Shown piece by piece: positions 48,401-60,391 of a stretch of 64,000 nucleotides of DNA. The first letter of the stretch is position 1, and the number at the start of each line of letters is the position of its first letter. The notes beneath the pieces were generated by a model. It had not been told where the DNA came from. It searched no databases and worked only from the letters and a program-made list of their open reading frames with translations. Where the stretch lies: NCBI GenBank assembly GCA_030390025.1, contig CM059431.1, positions 151,654,001 to 151,718,000 on the forward strand, written 5' to 3'. The stretch comes from Squalus acanthias. Lineage: Eukaryota. Both the position numbers and the translations under genes were made by a program.

Positions 48401-51308
48401 AGAGCGGAAGATTGGGAACAGTTTAAGATAGAGCAAAGGAGGGACAAAGGGCTTAATCAAGAGGGCAAAATAGCTTACGAAAGCAAGCTGGCGGAAAATA
48501 TAAAAACTAACTCCAAAAGCTTTTATAAGTATATCAAGAGGAAAAGACTGGTGAAAACCAAAGTTGGTCCATTGCAGTCAGATACGGGGGAATATATAAC
48601 GGGAAATAAGGAAATGGCAGACCAACTAAATGCATACTTTGGGTCAGTCTTTACGAAGGAAGACACAAAAAACCTCCCTGGGATATCGTGAAAAATAGGG
48701 ACATTGGCAAAGGAGGAACTGACGCAAATCAATATCTCTAAGGATATGGTGTTAAGGAAGCTAAAGGGATTGAAGGCGGACAAATCCCCAGGGCCTGATA
48801 ACATGCATCCTAGGGTACTGAAGGAGGTGGCCCTAGAGATAGCGGATGCACTAAGCATGATTTTTCAGAATTCATTAGACTCGGGAACAGTGCCCATGGA
48901 TTGGAGGGTAGCTAACGTTACCCCACTATTCAAAAAGGGGGGTAGGGAAAAAGCAGGTAATTACAGACCTGTAAGCCTTACATCAGTTGTGGGCAAAATG
49001 CTGGAGTCCATCATTAAGGATGAAATAGCGAGCACTTAGCAAATGGGGACAGGATAGGACAGAGTCAACATGGATTTACAAAGGGTAAATCGTGCTTGAC
49101 TAATCTATTGGAATTTTTTGAGGGAGTAACTGGTAAAATAGATGGGGGAGAGCCAGTAGATGTGGCTGTACCTGGACTTCCAAAAGGCCTTCGATAAGGT
49201 CCCACATAAAAGATTAGCATGGAAAATTGAAGCTCATGGGATAAAGGGGAAAGTATTGACGTGGATAGAGAACTGGCTGTCAGATAGAAAACAGAGAGTT
49301 GGAATAAACGGCTCATTTTCTGAATGGCAGGCAGTAACAAGTGGGGTACCACAGGGATCTGTCCTGGGTCCCCAGCTGTTCACAATTTATATTAATGACC
49401 TGGATCAGGGAGTCGGATGCAGCATTTCCAAATTTGCAGACGACACTAAACTAGGAGGGGGGGGGTGGGCTCAGAGGAGGAGACCAGGAAGCTCCAGAGC
49501 GATTTGGACAGACTGGGTGATTGGGCGGATAAATGGCAGATGCACTATAATGTGGACAAGTGCGAAGTTATCCACCTTGGGTGCAGGAACGGGAGGGCAA
49601 ATTATTATTTAAATGGCAATAAATTGGGAGAGGGGAAGTACAGAGAGACCTGGGTGTTCTTGTACACCAGTCACTGAAGGCGAGCATGCAGGTGCAACAG
49701 GCGGTCAAGAAGGCAAACGGTATGCTGGCCTTCATAGCAAAAGGGTTGGAATACAGGAACAGGGATACCTTGCTGCAGCTGTACAGGGCACTGGTGAGAC
49801 CACACCTCGAGTACTGTGTACAGTTTTGGTCGCCTCATCTGAGGAAAGATGTTCTTGCCATGGAGGGGGTGCAGCGGCGATTCACCAGGCTGATACCAGG
49901 AATGGCGGGATTGACCTATGAGGAGAGACTATGTAGTTTAGGGATGTACACACTGGAGTTTAGAAGATTGAGAGGGGACCTCATAGAAGTGTATAAAATT
50001 CTGACAGGTCTAGACAGATTAGATGCAGAAGGAATGTTTCCCTTGGCGGGTGAGAACAGAACTAGAGGACATAATTTAAGGATAAGGGCTAAACCATTTA
50101 GGACAGAAATGAGGGGGAATTTCTTCACTCAGAGAGTGGTGAACCTGTGGAACTCATTGCCACAGAGGGCAGTGTACGCCAGCTCATTAAATATATTTAA
50201 GAGGGAATTAGATATATTTCTACAGGCAAAAGGGGTTAAGGGTTACGGAGAGAAGGCGGGGACGGGATACTGAATTGAAGGATCAGCCATGATCTCATTA
50301 AATGGCGGAGCAGGCTCGAAGGGCCGGATGGCCTACTCCTGCTCCTATCTTCTATGTATCTATGTATCTACAAGATGCACTGCAGCAATTCGCCAAGGCT
50401 TATTCGGCAGCACCTCCCAAAACCGCGAAATCTTCCACGTAGAAGGACAAGGGCAGCAGACGCATGGGGACAGCACCAAGTTTCCCTCCAAGTCACACAT
50501 CAGCCTGACTAAGAAGAATATCGCCTATCTGTTATCCTCGCTGGATCAAAATGCTGGAACTCCCTACCTAACATCACAGTGGGAGTAACTTCACCACACG
50601 GAATGGAGCGGTTCAAGAAGGCAGCTCACCACCAGAGTATCAAGGGCAATTAGGGATCAACTTGCCTGCGAAGCCCACATCCAAAAAACGAATTAAAAAA
50701 AAACCCTGGGAAGGTGTTTCGCGGGGGAGGGGTTGGGGGTGGGGGCGGGGTTGCTGCATTTGCTCGGTAACAGAGCGGAAGCTGGAGGAGACGCGAAGGT
50801 TCTTTGCAGCCATGGGGAGGAGAGCAGCAACCTGAGAGGCAATTATGGCTCCAAATCTCTTTCAACGTCCCCTGTTGGGTGTAGGTGGCTGCAGGCTGAA
50901 TAATGATCAACGTAAAATAAACAGGCTACAAGTGAACAACTGTCGCGATTAACATCCAAACGAAGGAACACATCCTGTAGTGATTTCTATACTATTGGTG
51001 GAGCCGTGGAATGTCAGCTTCAACCTCGCTGAGTACAGGGAGGAAAGGCGTGCGCCCGGCACCCACGATCTACCGACCAGCCTCACCAGCCGCGCGGACT
51101 GGTTGGATTTCCACTGATATCCACCAACTTATCCCGATGGATAAGTGACTCTGCAATGAGAACCTTCTCCGAATCATTACATAATCATTAACACTGAGAT
51201 AGTCAACAGCCATTAGACAACAGGATACACTGACTTACCGGGAATGCCTAAGGCTGCGAGAGCAGGGTCGAAAAAGATGCGGCCCATTTGAATTGTTGGC
51301 AGTGCCAT
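45459..51308 (-). CDS. Class A orphan GPCR, GPR139/GPR142-like, copy 2; 2 exons, 323 aa
   Basis: Exon 1 is 51308..51239 ([23 protein letters not shown] + G|GTAAGT). Exon 2 is 46360..45459 (TCTTTCTTACAG acceptor). Exon sizes match copy 1 (70 + 902 nt), with no stops or indels, and DRY is retained. Confidence 0.88.
46668..50705 (+). mobile_element. L2-group LINE fragment (paralog of 3111-3918) split by a young CR1
   Basis: 46668-47134 and 50366-50705 rejoin to match 3111-3918. Confidence 0.75.
47135..50370 (+). mobile_element. Relatively young 5'-truncated CR1 LINE (ORF1 end plus nearly full ORF2) in the GPCR copy 2 intron
   Basis: 389-aa uninterrupted EN/linker ORF, RT motifs with only a few lesions, and an (ATCTATGT)n tail. 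Absent from the copy 1 intron. Confidence 0.92.
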
Positions 51309-51389
51309 TTTAATTTTAGCAGAACTTGTGACTTCTGTCTGGCTTTATGGTTAGCATCACAGTGTACACACGATCCATAAACACTCTCC

Positions 51390-51441
51390 TTTTATAGAAT
51401 ACTCGGAGCCCCGGTGAGAAATTAAATAACAGGACAATTGG
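51390..51441 (-). promoter_or_regulatory. Putative core promoter of GPCR copy 2 (TATAAAA plus CCAAT)
   Basis: TATAAAAG at 51396..51389, about 80 bp upstream of the ATG. CCAAT at 51441..51437. Confidence 0.55.
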
Positions 51442-51721
51442 CGTTAGTTACAGTCACTTAACAAACAAGGCATGATTTTCCGCTTCAGTGTGCCTGGGAC
51501 AACAAAGGGGACCTTTTACAACTTATTTCATGAAACTCCATCAATTCAAATGAATAAACGGGAACTCATAGCAGATGGAATGTACAGTGCAGAAGCACCG
51601 TGATCCCCGAAGGGAAGTTCCCACACTGGCACTGCGTTAGATTACTGGTGCCTCGTAATAATTCGTGAAATCTTAACTCATCCATTAGATCGTTAAATTT
51701 AGCTTTGCACCATGATGAAAA

Positions 51722-52865
51722 ATGGTGGAGATTCTCTAACCTTACTTGTGATGACCCTAATCTAACATTACTGGTGGTGAACCTAATCTAACTTTACTAT
51801 TGGTGACCCTACTCTAACATTACTGGTGGTGACTCTACTCCAACATTACTGGTGGTGACCCTACACTAACCTTACAGGTGGTGACGCTTATCTAATATTA
51901 ATGGAGAGAGCCCTGCTCTAAAATTCCTGGCGGTGATCGTACTCTAACATTACTGGTGGCGACCCTTCTCTAACCTTACTGGTGGTGACTCTACTCTAGC
52001 ATTACTGGTGGTGATCCTACTCTAACATTACTGGTGGCGACCCTACTCTAGCATTACTGGTGGTGACTTTATTCTAACATTGGCCCAAAAATTAGTCCCG
52101 CGACGCGAGAGTACGCACTGTGTACTCTCGCGTATTCTGTCACCAATTGCCGGTTTTCTGCATGCACTGCGCATGCGCTGAAAACCGGCACTTGTTTTTT
52201 GGAAAAGGGGGCGTTTACTCGGTTCCACGCGTGCGCGCTATAGGCTGTGCACTTCGTACTTTGGACGCGCAGGTGAGGACGGAAGATTTTAGAAATGAAA
52301 AAAGGAGGAGTAAGACCCACTTTTAACAAGGTAAGTAGTGAATTAAGAATTATTTTGAATTTTTTTTAACAGGTATATCTTTTTTAGAAACTTTAAAGAC
52401 AGGTAAGTTTATTTTTATAACTTTTTAAAAGATTTTAAATTTTTTCAAAAATTTAATTTTTTATTTAAAATGGTTAATTTATTTAACTATACTTATTTTA
52501 TTAATGTGATGCTTTTTTAAAATTTAATTGAGGTTTAGCTGTTATTTTGGGGGGGGTGTAAGATTCATAGCTGCCATTGGCTCTAACTGTGTCACGTGAT
52601 CCCACAGCTCGCACGCATTCACTACGCCGGTGAGAAACGCAAGCACTGCCCAGCTGATGTCCAGAACATCAAGTTCGTGCGAGCTGGATCTGAAAAAGCC
52701 AACGCGGAGTGAGAGATCGCGGGGAAGCCTTACCCCCGCGTCAACACTCAGTTTTTAATTTCTGGGCCATTATTGATGATGACACTACACTGACGTTACT
52801 GGTGGTGATCATATTCTAACATTGCTGGTGGTAACTCTACTCTGACATTGCTGGTGGTGATCATA
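51722..52865. repeat. 26-bp minisatellite (paralog of 4947-6105), interrupted by a MITE
   Basis: Same unit as 4947-6105; truncated on the right by a deletion into CR1. Confidence 0.88.
52082..52768. mobile_element. Non-autonomous Harbinger element (MITE), 687 bp
   Basis: TIRs GGCCCAAAAATTA / TAATTTCTGGGCC and a 3-bp TSD ATT (52079-81, 52769-71). Empty site at ~5099-5101. Shares its TIR and subterminal palindrome with 25338-29801. Confidence 0.88.
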
Positions 52866-53712
52866 ACCTTCAGTGCACTATGGCAAGTATATCCTATCTT
52901 AGCTAAGGAGAACAAAACTGCACCCAGTACCAAGGTCCTGTATAACTGTAGTAGTAAGATATCCTTGCTCCTGTGTTAAAATGCTCTTGTAATGAAGGCC
53001 GACATACCATGAGCATTCCTAACCGCTTGCTGCACCTGTATGTTTGCTTTCAGTGACTGGTGTACAAAGACACCCAGGTCCCTTTTAACATCACAATTTC
53101 CCAATCTATCACCATTCAAATAGTACTCTGCCTTTCTCTTTTTCCTATCGAAGTGGTTAACTTCACATTTATCCACGTTATACTGCATCTGCCATGTATT
53201 TGCCCACTCACTCAACTTGCCTACATCTCCTTGAAGCCTCTTTCCATCCTCCTCATAACTCACAATCCCACCTAGTTCCTTGTCGTCAGCGAGCTTGAAA
53301 ATATTGCATTTGGTTCCCTCATCCAAATCATTGATATATATTGTGAATAGCTGGGGCACAGGCACTGATATCTGCAGTACCCCACTAGTCACCGCCTGCC
53401 ACCTCGAAATAGACCCATTTATTCCTACTCTCTGGTTCCTGTCTGGTAACCCATTGTCAATCCATGCCAGTATATTACCCCCAATCCCATGTGCTTTAAT
53501 TTTGCACACTAACCTCTTATGTAGGACTTTATCAAAGGCCTTCTGAAAATCCAAATTCACTGGTTCTGCCATGTCTATTCTACCATTCACATCCTCAAAA
53601 ATGTCCAATAGGTTTGTCAAACACGAAATCACCTTCATAAATCCATGCTGACTTTGTCTAATCCCGTTGATATTTTCTAAATGTCCTGTTGTCACACCCT
53701 TTGTAATAGCCT
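52866..53712 (-). mobile_element. CR1 RT fragment (paralog of 6630-7490)
   Basis: ORF 52976-53800 carries RT motifs. Confidence 0.85.
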
Positions 53713-53731
53713 CTGTGTTCTCCCTACTACT

Positions 53732-54345
53732 GATGTTAGGACACGCTTGATAATTGATAGGAGACGACTGATAATTGATCATACACGCTTGATAATTCAT
53801 AGGACAGACTTGATAATTGATAATACTCGCTTGAATATTGATAGAAGAAGTTTGATAATTGACAATACACGCATGATAATTGATAGGACCTGCTTGATAA
53901 GTGAAAATACACGCTTGATAATTGAAAGGACACGCTTTAAAATTGATAGGAGGCGAATGATAATTGATAATACACGCTTGATATTTGATAGGACATGCTT
54001 CATAATTGATAATACACGCTTGATAATTGATGGAACACGGTTCGTAATTGACAAGATACGCTTGATAATTGATCAGATAAGCTTAATTATTGGTAGGACA
54101 TGTTTGGTAATTGACAGGAGCCGACTGATAATCTTTAATACACGCTTGATAATTGATAATACACAATTGATAATTGATAGTACACGCTTGATAATTGATT
54201 GGACATGCTTGATAATCAATAATACAAGCTTGATAATTGATAATACACGCTTAATAATTAATAGGACATGCAGGATAATAGATAATGCATGCTTAATAAT
54301 TAATAGAACATGCATGATAAATGTTAAAACGCGCTTGATAATTGA
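53732..54345. repeat. 21-bp satellite (paralog of 7500-8062)
   Basis: Tandem TTGATAATTGATAATACACGC units. Confidence 0.9.
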
Positions 54346-56318
54346 TACAGAAGTATAAACATAGCAGCCTGTGAGTGCAGCATGCACAGAGTGCAGTGAG
54401 CACATAGTTAACAACTGGGAGTTTGGTAAGTGTGGGATTTTTAAGGGTTAATCTCTTTTACATTTCTTTTAAAATCTAGAGTAAATAGCTAGCAGCTCTT
54501 AAGTAAGATTAACTGTTTAAGTTAAAATTTAAACTTTAAATCTTTAAATTTCATCCGGATTAAGCAGAGACAAACAAGCAAGGTCTCCAGCTGGAAAGCT
54601 GCTGTAGTTAATTAGCTAACCAGATTAAACTGGTTCCTGAAACAGTAGCAGAGAAGTGCTGCCTCATCTGCGCTACAAATAGTATAAACACAGGGGCCTG
54701 TGAGTGCAGCCAGCACTGAGTGCAATGAGCACTGAGTGAACAAATGGGAGTTTGTTAAGTGTGGGTGCTTGGTGAAGTGGGTGTAGGAGGTGCTTGCTTT
54801 CCTAACTTCTCCCGCAGAGCAGCGGCGTACCTGAGCAGGAGCAGACCGAGGCCCGCAAGCAGGGTTAAAAGCAGCAGCAGAACTGCAACAACAAGTGAAA
54901 ATGGCAGTGTGATGTCACAGATAAGGCAGGTAATTAATTGCAGTGACTGTGGGATAAGTTTTAAGTTAACAAATAGCATATAAATAAATTTTAAAAACTA
55001 AACTTAATTTAATTAAGTTAATAAACTAAACGAGGTAAATAATCTTATTAACAATAAACTAATTAATTAAATAAATAAAATAATGGCAGAACAGGAGATG
55101 CAATATGTGGGAGTTCTGGACATTTTTGTCCAGGGCGACTACATCTGTGGTCAGTGTCTGTAGCTCGAGGGACTTCGTTGGGGAGGTATGCTAGTACTGT
55201 TTGGGCGGGGGAGGGGGAATGTTAAACTAACTTGGCAGGGGGATGGGATACGGAGTGGAGCTAGAGTAGTGGGCGAGGCACAGAAAAATATCGAGTAAAA
55301 AAACAAGTCAGCCTGGAAGGCAGAGAAAATATGTAACGGCACAAGGCAGTATGGCAAGGCTGGATGGCATTTAGCTATTCGAGCCAGCATGTAGAAAATC
55401 CGACAAGAGAGGGGGAGTTACTGGACTGAATTCTAGGGAATGTAGCCTGGCAAATGGTCGAAGTGTAACTAGGAGAACATTTTGGTGACAGCGACCATAA
55501 TTCGGTGAGATTTAAGTTAGTCATGGAAAAGGACAAAGATGGACCGGAAATAAAGGTTCTAAATAGGAAAAGTCCGATTTTAATATAATAAGGCAGGATC
55601 TGGCCAAAGTGGACTGGGATGAGCTACTTGTAGGAAAATCCACATCAGACCAGTGGCAGTCTTTCAGAAAGGAAATGGAGAGAGTACAACGCCAACCTGT
55701 TCCCTTGCCGGTCAAGGATGGGACCAACAATCCCAGGGAACCCTGGATGTCAAGGGATATGCAAGAATCGTTTAGGAAGAAAAGGGAGGCTTTTGGAAGA
55801 TACCAAGGACTAAAAACAGTGGAAGCCATAGTGGAGTATAGAAAGTGCAGTGGGGTACTTAAAAAGGCAATTAGGAGAGCGAAGAGGGGGCATGAAAAAA
55901 CACTGACAAGCAAAATAAAGGAAAATCCCAAGGTGTTTTATAAGTATATTAAGGGCAAGAGGATAATCAGGGAATGAGTAGGGCCCATTAGCGATCAAAG
56001 TGACAATCTGTGTGTAGAGCTGGAAGATTTAGGTGAGGTTTTAAATGAATATTTTGCATCTGTGTTCACTATGGAGAAGGACGATGTCGGCTGAGAAATC
56101 AGGCAGGGGGACTGTGATATGATTCAACAAATTAGTCTTGAGAGGGAGCAGGTACTAGCGGTTTTAGCGGGCAATAAAGTGGATTAATCCCCAGGCCCTG
56201 ACGAGATGTATCCCAGGCAGCCGTATGAGGCAAGGGACGAGATTGCAGGGGCTCTGACACAAATTTTCATAAGCTCTCTGGCCACAGGGTAGATGCCAGT
56301 GGACTGGAGAACAGCTAA

Positions 56319-59300
56319 AAGCAAAAGATAGGAAGGAGAAAAACAAAATTCCACTCAGAGAAAACAACTGTTTCAATCAAACATGGCCACAGTAAATACT
56401 AATTCTAATAGGTCTAAGAGCGTTAAAAAAAACAAGCCTGAAGGCTTTGTGTCTTAATGCAAGGAGCATTCGGAACAAGGTGGATAATTAGCTGCGCAAA
56501 TAGAGGTAAACGAATATGATTTGATTGGGATTACCGAAACATGGCTCCAGGGTGGCCAAGGCTTGGAACTTAATATCCAGGGGTACTCAATATCGAGGGA
56601 AGATAGGCAAAAAGGAAAGGGATTGGGGTAGCATTGCTGGTTAAAGAGCGGATTAACACAATTGAAAGGAAGGATATAAGATCTGATGAAGCGGAATCTG
56701 TATGGGTGGAACTGATAAATAACAAGGGGCAGAAAACGTTAGTGGGAGTGATATATAGACCTCCAAACAGTAATGCGGAGGTTGGGGATGGCATAACAAG
56801 GGAAATTAGAGAGCGACCAATCAGGACACAGCAGTCATCATGGGTGACATTAATCTAAATATAGATTGGGCTAACCAAATTAGTAACAATACAATGGAGG
56901 AGGAATTCCTGGAGTGTTTACGGGATGGTTTCCTGGACCAATATGTCAAGGAACCAACCAGAGATCAGGTCATCTTAGACTGGGTATTATGCAATGAGAA
57001 AGGATTAATTAGCAATCTTGTTGTGCGAGGCCCCTTGGGTCGGAGCGATCATAATATGATCGAATTCTTCATTAGGCGGGAGAGTGAAGTAGTTGACTCA
57101 GAGACTAGGGTCCTGAATTTAAATAAAGGAAACTTCGATGGTATGAGGTGTGAGTTGGGTGGGATTGATTGGGGAATGTCACTGAAAGGGTTGACGGTGG
57201 AGAGGCAATGGCAAACATTCAAAGACCGCATGGACGAACTACAGAATTTGTTCATCCCAGGTTGGCATAAGAATAAAACAAAACGGGTGACTCAACAATG
57301 GATAACAAGGGGAATTAGGGATAGCATAAGATCCAAGGAGAGGGCATATAAATTGACAGAAAAATTAGTAACACTGTGGATTGGGAGCAGTTTAAGATTC
57401 CACAAAGGAGGACAAAGGGATTAATTAAGAAGGGGAAAATAGAATACGAGAGTAAGCTTGCAGGGAACATAAAAACTGACTGTAAAACCTTTTATAGATA
57501 TGTGAAGAGAAAAAGATTAGTGAAATCAAGCATAGGTCCCTTGCAGTCAGAATCAGGGGAACTTATGATGGGGAACAAAGAAATGGCAGACCAATTAAAT
57601 ACATATTTTGGTTCTGTCTTCACAAAGGAGGACACAAATAACCTCCCAGAGATATTGGGAAACATAGGGTCTGATGAAACGGATGAACTGAAAGAAATCA
57701 GAATTTGTGGGAAATGGTGTTAGGGAAATTGAAGGGATTGAAGGCCGATAAATGCCCAGGGCCTGATAATCTACATGCTAGGGTACTTAAGGAAGTGGCC
57801 CTAGAAATAGTAGATGCATTGCTGATCATCATCCAACATTCGATGGAATCTGGAACAGTACCCTTGGATTGGAGGGTAGCTAATGTTACCCCACTATTCA
57901 AAAACGGTGGTAGAGAGAAAACGGGGAATTACAGACCGGTAAGCCTGACATCGGTAGTGGGGAAAATGCTAGAGTTCATTATAAAAGATGTAATAGCTGA
58001 GCACTTGAAAAACAGTGACAGGATCGGACAAAGTCAACATGTATTTACAAAAGGTAAATCATGCTTGACTAATCTATTGGAATTTTTTGAGGATGTAACT
58101 GGTAAAATAGATAAGTAAGAACAAGAGGATGTGGTGTATTTGGACTTCCAAAAGGCTTTTGATAAGTTCCCGCATAAGAGATTAGCGTGTAAAGTTAAGG
58201 CACATGGGATTGGGGGCAAGGTATTGACTTGGATAGAGAACTGGTTGGCAGACAGAAAGCAAAGAGTTGCAATAAACGGGTCTTCTTCCGAGTGGCAGGC
58301 AGTGACTAGTGGGGTAACGCAGGGATCGGTCCTTGGACCCCAGCTATTCACAATATATATTAATGATCTAGACAAGGGAACTAGATGTAATATCTCCAAG
58401 TTTGCAGACGACACAAAACTGGGTGTGCGTGTGTGCTGCGAGGAGGATGCCGAGAAACTCCAGGATGATTTGGACAGGTTGGGTGATTGGGCAGAAGCAT
58501 GGCAGATGCAATATAACGTGGATAAATGCGAGGTTATCCACTTTGGTGTCAAAAACAGAAAGGCAGATTATTATCTGAATAGCAATAGATTGGGAGAAGG
58601 GGAAGTGCAACGAGACCTGGGTGTCCTTGTGCACCAGTCGCTGAAGGTAAGCATGCAGGTGCAGCAGGCGGTTAAGAAGGCAAATGGTATGTTGGCCTTC
58701 ATAGCGAGAGGGTTTGAGTACAGGAACAAGGATGGCTTGCTGCAATTGTACAGGGCCTTGGTGAGACCACACCTTGAGTACTGTGTACAGTTTTGGTCGC
58801 CTTATCTGAGGAAGGATGTTCTTGCCATGGAAAGAGTTCAGCGAAGATTCACAAGGATGATACCTGGGATGGCAGGAATGACGTATGAAGAGAGATTGGG
58901 TAAATTGGGCTTATACTCGCTGTAGTTTAGAAGAATGAGAGGGGATCTCATTGAAACTTATAAAATTCTGACAGGACAGGACAAACTAGATGCAGGAAGG
59001 ATGTTCCCGATGGTCGGGGAGTCCAGAACCAGGGGTCACAGTCTAAGGATAAGGGGTAAGCCATTTAGGACAGAAATGAGGAGGAATTTATTCACCCAGA
59101 GAGTGGTGAACCTGTGGAATTCTCTGCCACAGAAGGCAGTAGAGGCCAATTCATTAAATAGATTCAAGAAGGAGTTGGATACATTTCTTAAGGCTAAAGG
59201 GATCAAGAGATATGGGGAGAAAGCAGGGACAGGGTACTGAATTTGGCTGATCAGCCATGATCGCATTAAATGGTTGAGCAGGCTAGAGGGGCCGAATGGC

Positions 59301-59335
59301 CTACTCCTGCTCCTATCTTCTATGATTCTATGATT
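56319..59335 (+). mobile_element. Nested CR1 LINE (ORF2 EN+RT), specific to copy 2
   Basis: Interrupts the host at ACAGCTAA|CGTAG with CTAA duplicated or microhomologous. Absent at ~10028. Confidence 0.88.
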
Positions 59336-60391
59336 CTAACGTAGTATCATTATTCAAGAAGGGGAGTAGGGATAAAGCAGGGAATTATAGGCCAGTGAGC
59401 CTAACATCAGTGCTAGGGAAATTATTGGGAAAAATTCTGAGGGACTGAATCAGTCTCCACTTGGAGAGGCAAGGATTAATCAAGGATACTGAGCATGACT
59501 TTGTCAGGGAGAGATCATGTCTAACCAATTTGTTTGAATTTTTCGAGGTGATGACTAGGTGTGTTGATGAGGGTAGTGCAGTTGATGTAGTCTACATGGA
59601 CTTCAGTATGGCTTTTGACAAAGTCCCACATGGGAGACTGGTCAAGTAGTTAAGAGCCCATGGGATCCAGGGCAATTAGTCACATTGGATCCAAAATTGG
59701 CTTAGTGGCAGGAGGCAGAGGGTGATGGTCGAAGGTTATTTTTATGACTGGAAGCCTGTTTCCAGTGGTGTACCGCAGGGATCGGTGCTGGGTCCTTTGC
59801 TGTTTTCAGTGTACATTAATGATTTATATATGAATTTAGGAGGTATGATCAGTAAGTTCGCAGATGACACGAAAATTGGTGGAGTGGTAAATAGCAAGGA
59901 GGGAAGCCTCAGTCTACAGGACGATATATATGGGTTGGTTAGATGGTCAGAACAGTGGGAAATTAAATTTAACCCTGAAAGTGTGAGGTGATGCATTTTG
60001 GAAGTACTGACAAGCAATGGAATACACAATACATTGCAGGACCTCAGGAGAGACAGAGGATCAGAGGGATCTTGGTGTGCATGTACATAGATCCCTGAAG
60101 GCAGCAGGACAGGTAGATAAGTTTGTTAAAAATCCATATGCGATACTTGCTTTCATTAGCAGAGGCTTAGAATATATGCGCAGGGAGGTTATGATGGAGC
60201 TGGAGAAAACGCTAGTTAGGCCACAGCTGGAATACTGTGTGCAGTTCTGGTCGACACAATATAGGAGGTATGTGATTGCATTGGAGAGGGTGCAGAGGAG
60301 ATTTAAACCGGATGTTACCTGGGCTGGAGCGGTTCAGCTATGAAGAGAGACTGGACAGGCTGGAGTTGTTTTCCTTAGAGCAGCGAAGGCT

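Noticed and set aside
53681..54414. 225-aa ORF of LIIDNTR heptads (also 7490-8125 and 16681-17309) resembling a repeat or solenoid protein
   Set aside because: A by-product of a 21-bp satellite whose unit is a multiple of 3. It is open on both strands and broken differently in each copy.
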